Origin: a virus
Taxonomy: Duplodnaviria; Caudoviricetes
Length of the DNA: 64,000 nucleotides
Virus record (IMG/VR): IMGVR_UViG_3300046694_000619
Strand: one strand, 5' to 3'
A program made the position numbers and the translations under genes. The notes under the pieces are model-generated. The model searched no databases and was not told the origin of the DNA. It was given only the letters and a program-made list of their open reading frames with translations. Numbering within the stretch: position 1 is the stretch's first letter; each line of letters opens with the position of its first letter. Positions 56,154-64,000 of this stretch are shown piece by piece.

Positions 56154-56832
56154 ATGAAACTGACGCTTGAAATCCATCCCGCAGAAGGCGGCGATGACGC
56201 AAAGCTGCTGGTCCATGACCAGGCAGCAATCTACACCCGCTTTGCCGCCCGCAACGGCCTGAAGGCACATGTGGAGGCACGGGGCTACCTTTGACCTCGT
56301 TTTCATTGAAGGCCCCGAGGAGCTGCTGAAGCCCCTCATTCAAGAAGCCGGAGGCCACCGCCACATGCGCGTGCCGCCCACCGAGCGCAAAGGACGCGTG
56401 CACACGAGCACCGTCACTGTCGCAGTGTTCGAAGGTCACTTCGAGCCACAGCAAGCGACGTCAATCCATCCGAATGACATCCATGAGCGCGTTACGCGCG
56501 GAACTGGCGCGGGTGGACAAAATCGCAATAAACGTGAAACTGTCATTGTGCTAACGCATCGCCCCACCGGCATCGAGGTGAAGGCCGAGGCGGAGCGCAC
56601 GCAGGAAGCCAATCGACGCGTCGCCACCGCCACGCTACTTGAGCGGGTGCAGGCGCACTACGCTGGCGCGGCGCAGAACGCCGTCAACCAGCAGCGCAAG
56701 TCGCATGTCGGCACGGGCCAACGCGGCGACAAGGTACGGACCTACCGCGCCGACGGCGTCACGGACCACCGCACTAGCCGGCGCGCGCCGCTCGCATATG
56801 TGCAGGCGGGCAAGCTTGAGCTGTTGCGGTAA
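56154..56832 (+). CDS. peptide chain release factor-like protein with a +1 programmed frameshift at 56289-56295
   Basis: ORF0 MKLTLEIHPAEGGDDAKL...RGYL-TGA; +1 frame has EAGGHR..RVPPTE..GRVHTS, GAGGQ, ERTQ..N, RGDKVRTY. Confidence 0.88.
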
Positions 56833-56994
56833 TCGAGAACCAGCTGGGATGACGGCGGCGCCCCGGGAGGCGCCGTTTCGTGCTTTGGATTTTGACGGTG
56901 CTGACTTGTGCGCGGCGCCATAGTGCCTGCGGCGAGCAGGCCTATACGCTAGCGCAGGCCATCACACAACGTCGGAAATATGAGGAGCCAAGGC

Positions 56995-57279
56995 ATGGCT
57001 AAGGTTACGCAAATCTTCAAAAGAGAGAACGGGTCAGAAGTCAGGATTGTCGCTCAAGAGTGTTTTGGGTTAGGCCTGACTCGCTCGATAGATGTCTGCG
57101 TCCATCACCGAGCGAGTCCTGAGCTCCCCTGGAAGTTGGCGAACAATCGACCACATCCAGATTGGCGAAAGATGTCGGTTGACGACTACATCAAACGTGG
57201 CCGTTCTGAAATGCTGCAAGTGGCGTCGCATGGTGAAATCTTAAAGGTAACTAGCGCGCTAGCATCTCTCTCGATGTAA
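56995..57279 (+). CDS. hypothetical protein
   Basis: RBS, 94 aa, terminator follows. Confidence 0.65.
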   Translation: MAKVTQIFKRENGSEVRIVAQECFGLGLTRSIDVCVHHRASPELPWKLANNRPHPDWRKMSVDDYIKRGRSEMLQVASHGEILKVTSALASLSM

Positions 57280-57439
57280 AGCTTCCCTACCCGCCCCGCG
57301 ACTCGACATTTGAGTCCGGGGCTTTTTGTCATCCATGAACCCACCACCGGTCGGCGCACACATGTATTGCGGGAGCCAAAAAACAGAAGTCCCCGCGGTA
57401 ATCGAACCAGGGGACTTCAATGAGTAGGTACAGCGTCTT

Positions 57440-57709
57440 CTACGACTTCGACACGGCCGCATCACTTTCGCGATACTGCACGATGGCGTCCTGGATTTTT
57501 TTGCCGAGAGGCATCTTCAGCAATGCCGGCGCGCACGTCAACGCACCATCCAGCAGTTTCACGAGTTCGTCAATTTCAGGCTTCAATGCATCCTGTCCAG
57601 CGATAAAGCCGCAGCTGAACGTGAATCCCTTGTTAAGGTCCTCGTCAGTCGACGGCGTGCGTTTAAGATACTTGGTGAATGCAGCCAGGCTTTTCTGTGC
57701 GTTGTCCAT
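57440..57709 (-). CDS. hypothetical protein
   Basis: GAGG RBS. Confidence 0.65.
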   Translation of the reverse strand: MDNAQKSLAAFTKYLKRTPSTDEDLNKGFTFSCGFIAGQDALKPEIDELVKLLDGALTCAPALLKMPLGKKIQDAIVQYRESDAAVSKS

Positions 57710-57851
57710 GAGAGTTCCTCAAATTAAAATGTCTCATCCCGTATAGTTCCCACCCAGTGATTTCTGGAATCGTAACTGCTTGAGCTAATCAGAAGTGAAA
57801 AGCCCACCGTGGAGATGCTCCAGGTGGGCTTGTGAGTTACAGCTTTGAGGC

Positions 57852-58136
57852 TCAGTCAGCGTACGTCGGGATGCCGTCAATGTAATCACCGTCCGCGTCG
57901 AGGCGCAAAAGAGCGCATTCGGCGCCGCGCGCGACATCGAGTAGTTGCCGCAGGTCGGCCGGTATGTCTTCGTGGAATTCGCCGGTCGGCGGAACCGAGA
58001 TGAAAAACCCGAATTCGTAGCTACCGATGGTTTGGCCGACGACGTTCGTGCCCGCAGCCCAGTCGAGCCAGTTTTTCGTCTTCTTCGAGACGTGGCCCGT
58101 GCTGCAATCGAGATACTTCATGACGTTCAGCTTCAT
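57852..58136 (-). CDS. hypothetical protein
   Basis: AAGGAG RBS; LD.ST.HV, L.LDADG. Confidence 0.7.
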   Translation of the reverse strand: MKLNVMKYLDCSTGHVSKKTKNWLDWAAGTNVVGQTIGSYEFGFFISVPPTGEFHEDIPADLRQLLDVARGAECALLRLDADGDYIDGIPTYAD

Positions 58137-58351
58137 TGTCGACTCCTTGAATTTTTCGAAAAGCGGCGAGTGGCTCGCCAGGATGTGCGCTGAGAGTCCA
58201 GATGGCCTCATGCTGCATCTTTGTATAGCCGGAATTCTAAAGGGCTCCACGTCGAGGTGGTTCAACCCGCGAGTAGGCAGTGGTTGGATAAGAAAAAGCC
58301 CTGAACAACGTGCGTTGTCAGGGCTGTGAGAATTGTGAAATGCCTGGTTGG

Positions 58352-58723
58352 TTAAGCCGTGACTTCCGGAATCAGATGGCAGAGAATTGGCGTTTCATCG
58401 CCCATCCCGTTCTGCGCGACGAAGGCACCTTTCGAACGTTTCCAGCTCATCACGAACGGTTGCTTCAGGCACTCGTCGTAACCGAGGCAGAAGCCACGCA
58501 ACGGAGCATTATCGAGCGAGAGCCAGTCACCGTGTTCACCATTCTTCGGCACGCGCGGCAAATGCATCCAGTGAGTCGCCACAGCTTCATCGTCTTCACT
58601 GCAGCTTTCGATGAAGCGACCCTCCGGAACGTTCCATATCATCACGAAGGGGCGTTTCTCCACTGCGTTGATGCCCAGCAAAAAGATGTCTTTCGGTGCG
58701 GTCTCGATTGCCATGAACGACAT
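58352..58723 (-). CDS. hypothetical protein with internal duplication (DUF551-like)
   Basis: IETAPKD...THWMHLP, repeated PFVM.W...G.F. Confidence 0.65.
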   Translation of the reverse strand: MSFMAIETAPKDIFLLGINAVEKRPFVMIWNVPEGRFIESCSEDDEAVATHWMHLPRVPKNGEHGDWLSLDNAPLRGFCLGYDECLKQPFVMSWKRSKGAFVAQNGMGDETPILCHLIPEVTA

Positions 58724-58840
58724 GATTTTTCCTCTAACAAGTTTCGGTAGAGGAGTATAGGAATCCGCGCAGTGTGTTCTGACGGGCGTGAAAAAGAGCC
58801 CGCAAAGGGGCTCTGAGTTTTGACAGATTGACCTGCGGTA

Positions 58841-59182
58841 TCAGGCTGCTGCGGCTTCGTCTTCGTCTTCGGTTTCAATCAGGCTCACGTGCTTCGTCTT
58901 GGCGATGAGCGCCTCGATGAGCGTAACCACCTGCTCGACCTTCTTTCGGTCGCTCGACTCGACAGCGAACGCGCCATGCCAGAGCACCTGCGTGTTTTCC
59001 GAGTCAAACGTGACATCGTGTTCGGCCAACAGAATACGGATTCGCAACTCCAGCTTCGACATGCGCTGCGAGGCTTCGTAGGAGATGTCGGCGCTTTTCG
59101 CGTTCTTTTTGTGATGCGCCGGGTCGAGTGAGGCCTCGGCCCAAACCACAGCACGGAAAACCTGCTCGATTTTCGTTTTCAT
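58841..59182 (-). CDS. hypothetical protein
   Basis: GAGG RBS. Confidence 0.65.
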   Translation of the reverse strand: MKTKIEQVFRAVVWAEASLDPAHHKKNAKSADISYEASQRMSKLELRIRILLAEHDVTFDSENTQVLWHGAFAVESSDRKKVEQVVTLIEALIAKTKHVSLIETEDEDEAAAA

Positions 59183-59265
59183 CGGTTCGTTTCCTCATTC
59201 GTGTTCATTGAAAGGTATGCCCGATTCAGTATAGGTAGCCGCGCAAAGCCCGACCCAGCCAGCGC

Positions 59266-60498
59266 TCAGACCTCACCTTCGTTCCAGTCAGCGTGGTGGT
59301 ACCTTTCGGTAGCATCGTGTCGCGAGTTGGCTTCGCTATGCAGATATATGCTGGTTGTGGAAATCGAGTTGTGACCAAAGTTGTCACGCACGAACCGCAA
59401 GTCGATGTGGTCGGCCATTTGAGTGCCAGCAGTGTGACGCATCCAGTGAGCGGACGCACGCTCGACCCCCGCCGCGAGCGCCTCGCTTTCCGGACCTGGC
59501 GTTTGCCGCACACGCGCCGCTGTGCGATGGAAGACCTCCTTGATTATCCGATGCAACGCTCCGCGGGTGAGCGGTCGCCCCTTATCTTGTGCTATGACCG
59601 GTAGAACCAGCGGACGAACAGGCTCTCCCGCGCGCGGCAAAGGCGGAAGGTCATTGGCAATCCGATAGCGTTTGAGTTCCGTCATCATCTCGGAAGTGGC
59701 AGGAACATCGCGCGTCTTGCCACCTTTACCAGTCACCTTGAGCCACCAACGTTCGATACCTTTTGAGTCTCGTCGACCGAAGAGGGAGCCCATGGTGGCA
59801 CCCGTAACTTCCGACGCGCGCAGACCCCCGATGTACAACACCGTGAAAAGCCATCGACAACGCGCTGCGTGAAGGCGCTCGCGTTGGGTGGTAACTGGCA
59901 TCTGCTCGATAGTGGTCTTCACGAGAAGCCACATCTCGGTACTCAGAAACCGCTCGACGCGAGGCGGCTCTTCACGCTCCCGCGGCACCAGTGCGAAGGG
60001 GTTACGATTGAGATACCCCGCATTTTGAAGCCATTTAAAGCAGGTACTCAGTACCACATGCGCATATTCAACGCTGTTTGACGACAGCGTCCCCGCGAAT
60101 GGTCGCCAGTCTGCGTGCCCGCGCGGCAATTTCTTCTTGCCCTTCAGCATCCATCGCTCTCTGGGCTGCGGGTCCGCCAGAAAGTGCCGATAGGCCACCA
60201 GGTCTTCATGCGTGAGCGACGAAAGTGGCTTTCCCCGCTCAATCACAGCCCATAGGAGGAACCGCTCGGCCTCGCGACGATAGGCATCCAGGGTAGCCGG
60301 CCGTTTCAGATAGTTCGTCAGCCACGCCACAACGGCCGAGATGTCATCCTTCGCAGTGAGCTGCAAATCTTCCAACGGCGCGCGGTTTTTACCTTCAACT
60401 CCCGACAGGGCGCGGGGAAGCCTCAGTTGCTCGAGCGGTACCGGTACAGAAGGCGCGGCAATGGGCTGCGGCAATTGCGATGAGAGTTCGTGGCTCAT
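59266..60498 (-). CDS. tyrosine recombinase / resolvase
   Basis: GLRASE, GKGGK.R, HWMRH, FGH..ISTT..Y. Confidence 0.93.
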   Translation of the reverse strand: MSHELSSQLPQPIAAPSVPVPLEQLRLPRALSGVEGKNRAPLEDLQLTAKDDISAVVAWLTNYLKRPATLDAYRREAERFLLWAVIERGKPLSSLTHEDLVAYRHFLADPQPRERWMLKGKKKLPRGHADWRPFAGTLSSNSVEYAHVVLSTCFKWLQNAGYLNRNPFALVPREREEPPRVERFLSTEMWLLVKTTIEQMPVTTQRERLHAARCRWLFTVLYIGGLRASEVTGATMGSLFGRRDSKGIERWWLKVTGKGGKTRDVPATSEMMTELKRYRIANDLPPLPRAGEPVRPLVLPVIAQDKGRPLTRGALHRIIKEVFHRTAARVRQTPGPESEALAAGVERASAHWMRHTAGTQMADHIDLRFVRDNFGHNSISTTSIYLHSEANSRHDATERYHHADWNEGEV

Positions 60499-60658
60499 TT
60501 GAGGACCGACAGTCGTGGGCGAGGCATTTTCCAAAATAGGTAGCCAAATTGTACAACAAGTTACCTAATAACCCTTATGTCTAAACTCTCGCTATTTTTT
60601 CAGGATAACCTATGTATTACGTAGTAATATTTGAATAAATCACTCTCCGCCTTCCGAA

Positions 60659-61690
60659 ATGACCGAAAACCCCGAAAAGCTCGATGATTCCGCCCTCCAG
60701 GTCGAGGTCGAAGCGCTGCGCAATCGCGTCCCGGATACGCGGGCGCTGTACCGGGAGGTCTGCGGGCTGCTGTTCTTCAGGTACGGCTCCGTGCCGACGG
60801 CCAACCGGCTCTATCAGCTCGTGCGCAAAGGCAGCATGGGCGTGCCCGGCGAGGTGCTCGCCCAGTTCTGGGTCGACCTACGAGAGAAGTCCCGCGTCAA
60901 AATCGACCATCCCGAGATGCCGGACGCCATCAAGCAGGTGGCGGTCGAGGCGATGCAGGGCATCTGGGAAGCCGCGGCCGCAGCGGCACGCAGCGAGCTA
61001 TCGGACGTGCGCGCCGACGTCGAACTCAGGGCGCAGGAGGCCGAGGTCCAGCGCCAGCAGACCCAGACCGCGCTCGATTACGCGCGCCGCGAAATCGCTG
61101 TGGGCCAGGAAAAGCTCGACGAGCTCGCGCGCGAACTGACTGAATCACAGGAACTGCTTCAGGCCGAGCGTGCTGCACACGCAGCGACGGAAGCCCGCCT
61201 GCAGGAGATGCGCCGGCAGGTAGAGGAACGCGACCGGCAGCTGACCGAGACACGCGCGCAATTCTCGACCGAGCTCGAGCACGCGCGGCAACAGGTCACC
61301 GACGCAGCGGCGCGCGCCGCTGCAACTGAGCGACGAGTGATGCTCGAGTTCGACAGCGAGCGGACGTTGCGGCAGAAGGGGGAAAAGCTCATCGAGGAGC
61401 TTCGAGCAGAACTCGGCAGCGCGCGCAATGAGACCCGGGAAGCCGACGTGCGGCACGCGGACGCCGTAGCGCGACTCCAGAGCGAATTGCAGGGCGTCAA
61501 CCAGCGTTTGACGGTTGCGGACGCCGCGCAGGACCGCCACGCGGGGTTATTGTCGCAACTGCGCGCCGAGCTGGACGAGGCCACGCGGCGCGCGGAACGA
61601 GCAGAGACCGAAGTCGAGGTCACCCGCCGGCTTATCGCGGGCTTCAAATCCACGCCGGTAGAAAAGGCCGCGCGCCGCCGCAGCACATAA
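60659..61690 (+). CDS. KfrA-like DNA-binding coiled-coil protein
   Basis: PTANRLYQLVRKGSM N-domain then a long coiled coil; divergent from the recombinase. Confidence 0.85.
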   Translation: MTENPEKLDDSALQVEVEALRNRVPDTRALYREVCGLLFFRYGSVPTANRLYQLVRKGSMGVPGEVLAQFWVDLREKSRVKIDHPEMPDAIKQVAVEAMQGIWEAAAAAARSELSDVRADVELRAQEAEVQRQQTQTALDYARREIAVGQEKLDELARELTESQELLQAERAAHAATEARLQEMRRQVEERDRQLTETRAQFSTELEHARQQVTDAAARAAATERRVMLEFDSERTLRQKGEKLIEELRAELGSARNETREADVRHADAVARLQSELQGVNQRLTVADAAQDRHAGLLSQLRAELDEATRRAERAETEVEVTRRLIAGFKSTPVEKAARRRST

Positions 61691-62185
61691 GCGACCACGC
61701 AAAGAACAAAAAACCGCTCTACATGAGAGCGGTCGGGAGGGGCTTATTGCTTAGAAGTCCGCCGTGTGCGTGACCTGCGCGCCATTCGTCTCGGCAAGCA
61801 TCACGGTTATCTCGTGTCTCTTTTTCTCAGGCACCTTCCAGAACGCGGCAGCCTTCTTCTGTGCATCGTAGCTGGTGTCTGCTTGAATTTCGGTGCGGCG
61901 ACCCTTGTGAAATGCGACGTATCCGTTCATGGCGTATGTATCCTCAGAATGTCAGCGAAATTGCGACATTCCGTATAGCGCGCCGCCGGCCGCGAAGATG
62001 CTCGCCCGCTCTCGACTCCTGGCTGCCCAATCGCAAGGCCTGAGTTTCACCATCTTCCATGCACGCATCGAGGAAGAGGGTGAGGGAGCGACGCTCGCCT
62101 GGAAACAGGGTTACACAGATTATTCGATTACAGGATTACCGGGCGCCGCATTCTCAAAAACTCGCCACTACCAATTCTGTTTTCG

Positions 62186-62290
62186 AGTGTGGATACCCAA
62201 ATAGCGTGGGTGGACGACAAGTATTCCGTGTGTGGGGGACCAGTGTGGGCGTGTGTGACCGACAAGTTTTCCGTGTGTGGACGACAAGCG
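62186..62290 (+). repeat. iteron-like direct repeats upstream of rep
   Basis: CGACAAGT(A/T)TTCCGTGTGTGG twice plus partial GTGTGG copies. Confidence 0.55.
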
Positions 62291-62432
62291 GCCGAATCAT
62301 GCCCTGCTGTGTTGCCCGACCCATATGCCACTCGTTAAGAAGGGAATTCCCGATTCGCGTCATCGTCTCAAGACGTGTCATTATCGCTATTTTATGGTAT
62401 AATGTGGGTATCCACTTAAAGAAGTGCCCGCA

Positions 62433-62651
62433 ATGCCAAAGCCTAACTCCGCTGACCGACACCGAGCTGGTAGCGTTCAGCTCAAAGCGTGGTTACCGGA
62501 AACCCTCCGTGACCAGTTCAACGCCAGCTGCAAGTCTCAGGGTATGCCGGCAGCCGTTGTACTGCGCGAGCTCATGGAAGCGTACATCAGTCACGTCAAC
62601 GAGCCGCCCGCAACGCCTTCTCAGCCCGAGTCTGCCCATGCCTCGCATTGA
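62433..62651 (+). CDS. ribbon-helix-helix (CopG-like) protein
   Basis: LKAWLPETLRDQF...C...G......LRELMEAYI; overlaps the rep start. Confidence 0.65.
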   Translation: MPKPNSADRHRAGSVQLKAWLPETLRDQFNASCKSQGMPAAVVLRELMEAYISHVNEPPATPSQPESAHASH

Positions 62652-63711
62652 TTTCGCGCAGGTCGCGCTCGCCGCGCAGGCCAAGGCGGTCCGTCGCGCG
62701 GCGGAGCACGCTGTCGACGGCGAGACGCGCGTGCTTGCGCAGGCCGCGGCTGACACCGTCGAAGCGGTAGCGCGCCGCCAGCAGCACCGAAAGGCTGCCG
62801 AAACGGCGACGCCCGTGCTCGAGCTGGCCGCGAACGCGTCGCCCACCGAAATCCGGGTGGCACGCCAGCGCCGTGCCGTGCGACGCGGCAAGGACGTGTT
62901 CCTGCCGTCATGGAAAGACGCCGCCGTCGCGTTGCCCAATGCGCTGTTGCGCTCGGCACTCTTTTCGGCAAGCAGCGCGAGCCGTGAAGCGCTGTTCGAG
63001 GCACCGATTGCGGCACAAGGCGACGTTGTGCTTACGCTCACTGGGCATCAGCTCTGCGATTATGACCGACGCGTGTTCGCTGCCTGTCTGAATCACTACC
63101 GTGACGACCGGCCGCTGGTGCCGGACGACACTTCGCCCGCCTGGGTCACACTCACGTTTTACCAATTCGCACAAGACCTGGTCACGTCATACAGCGCGAA
63201 TGTTCACAAGGCCATCCGGGACAGCCTTATCCGGCTGAGCGCCGCCCATCTGCGGGTGCGCATCAACCGGCGCGACATTCCGTTACCGCGGCTCATTGAT
63301 GTCGCGTTTGACGACGGCTTCGCCGGCCAGGAGCCGGCCGACTGCATGCTGCGCGGTAGCGACCGGGTGGCGTTCCGGATTTTTGAGTCCATGGCCAACC
63401 TGTTCGGGCCTGCGGACTGGAGCGCAGTGCCGCAGCCGGCGCTCACCGACTACTCAGGGCTCGCTTCGTGGCTCGCGAGCTTCTACAGCACGCACGCGAA
63501 GCCGTATCCGTTGAAGGTCGCCGACCTGTACCGTTATGCGGGCGTTACCTGCGAGCTGCGCGAGTTCCGCCGCATGCTGAAAATAGCGCTCGAGAAGCTC
63601 AAGCGCGACACGGCCAACCCGGTCGTGCGCGTAGAGAGCTTCGAGCTGACCAAGGATGACCTGACGGTACGTCTTGCGCGCTGGACGCAGATGGCGTTGC
63701 CGCTCGGCTGA
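62638..63711 (+). CDS. plasmid replication initiator, TrfA family
   Basis: LP.W......PNALLRSALF, G.QL...D..V, WL..FY.TH..PYP..V..L....G. Confidence 0.85.
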   Translation: MPRIDFAQVALAAQAKAVRRAAEHAVDGETRVLAQAAADTVEAVARRQQHRKAAETATPVLELAANASPTEIRVARQRRAVRRGKDVFLPSWKDAAVALPNALLRSALFSASSASREALFEAPIAAQGDVVLTLTGHQLCDYDRRVFAACLNHYRDDRPLVPDDTSPAWVTLTFYQFAQDLVTSYSANVHKAIRDSLIRLSAAHLRVRINRRDIPLPRLIDVAFDDGFAGQEPADCMLRGSDRVAFRIFESMANLFGPADWSAVPQPALTDYSGLASWLASFYSTHAKPYPLKVADLYRYAGVTCELREFRRMLKIALEKLKRDTANPVVRVESFELTKDDLTVRLARWTQMALPLG

Positions 63712-63736
63712 TTGCTTTCGACAAGGAGATAGGCTT

Positions 63737-64000
63737 GTGACCAAGATTCGTTCGAAACTGGGTGCGGTGTTCAACTGGAAGCAAAATCCTGCGTCGGTGT
63801 TTTTCATCATTGTGCCGCTAGCGCTCATTGGATTTGGTTGTCTCGGCGTTCGTGCCTGGCTGCTTTGGAAACAGGACGGCGAGCTGGCGCCGGCCATCAT
63901 TTACGTGGCGGGACTCGTGCTGCTGTTTGTCGCGCTGATACCTGCATACCGCATTGCCCAAAGCTTGCGCGCGCTGTCGGCCGCGGTCCAACTGGAATGA
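63737..64000 (+). CDS. two-TM membrane protein
   Basis: AAGGAG RBS, GTG start, stop at the window end. Confidence 0.6.
   Translation: MTKIRSKLGAVFNWKQNPASVFFIIVPLALIGFGCLGVRAWLLWKQDGELAPAIIYVAGLVLLFVALIPAYRIAQSLRALSAAVQLE

Noticed and set aside
56269-56832. 187-aa ORF as a complete gene, or the locus as a pseudogene
   Set aside because: The conserved N-terminal RF segment lies in the upstream frame, joined by a prfB-type shift site
62059-62637. N-terminal extension of the Rep ORF
   Set aside because: Crosses iteron-like repeats and the RHH gene; TrfA-like sequence lies downstream of 62638

Overview
GC-rich window, most likely from a large Burkholderiales plasmid. Backbone genes are a TrfA-type Rep with iteron-like repeats, KfrA, a tyrosine recombinase and a TrwB/TraD coupling protein. 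The dominant feature is a ~28 kb + strand RNA island (11.4-39.6 kb). It holds about 52 tRNA genes covering all 20 amino acids (four are 8/4-type Ser tRNAs), several tRNA-shaped RNAs with altered or missing anticodon arms, a YrlA-like Y RNA, a ~1.2 kb GOLLD-like RNA behind an rrn-like promoter and boxA, and an RNA that reproduces the 23S rRNA L11-binding site. The main tRNA operon is preceded by an apparent ribosome-stalling attenuator whose 58-codon leader uses all 20 amino acids. Elsewhere there is an RF1-motif release factor split by an RF2-style CTT-TGA-C +1 frameshift site, and a basic ArfA-like peptide whose frame runs into a tRNA. Together these suggest a plasmid-borne, translation-stress-induced rescue system; this is inference. 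Other cargo includes thyA, dut, nucleotidases, AlkB, YqeY, TerC, MgtC, an NdvB-like glucan synthase and two Ig-repeat surface proteins. All calls were made by eye, without database searches.
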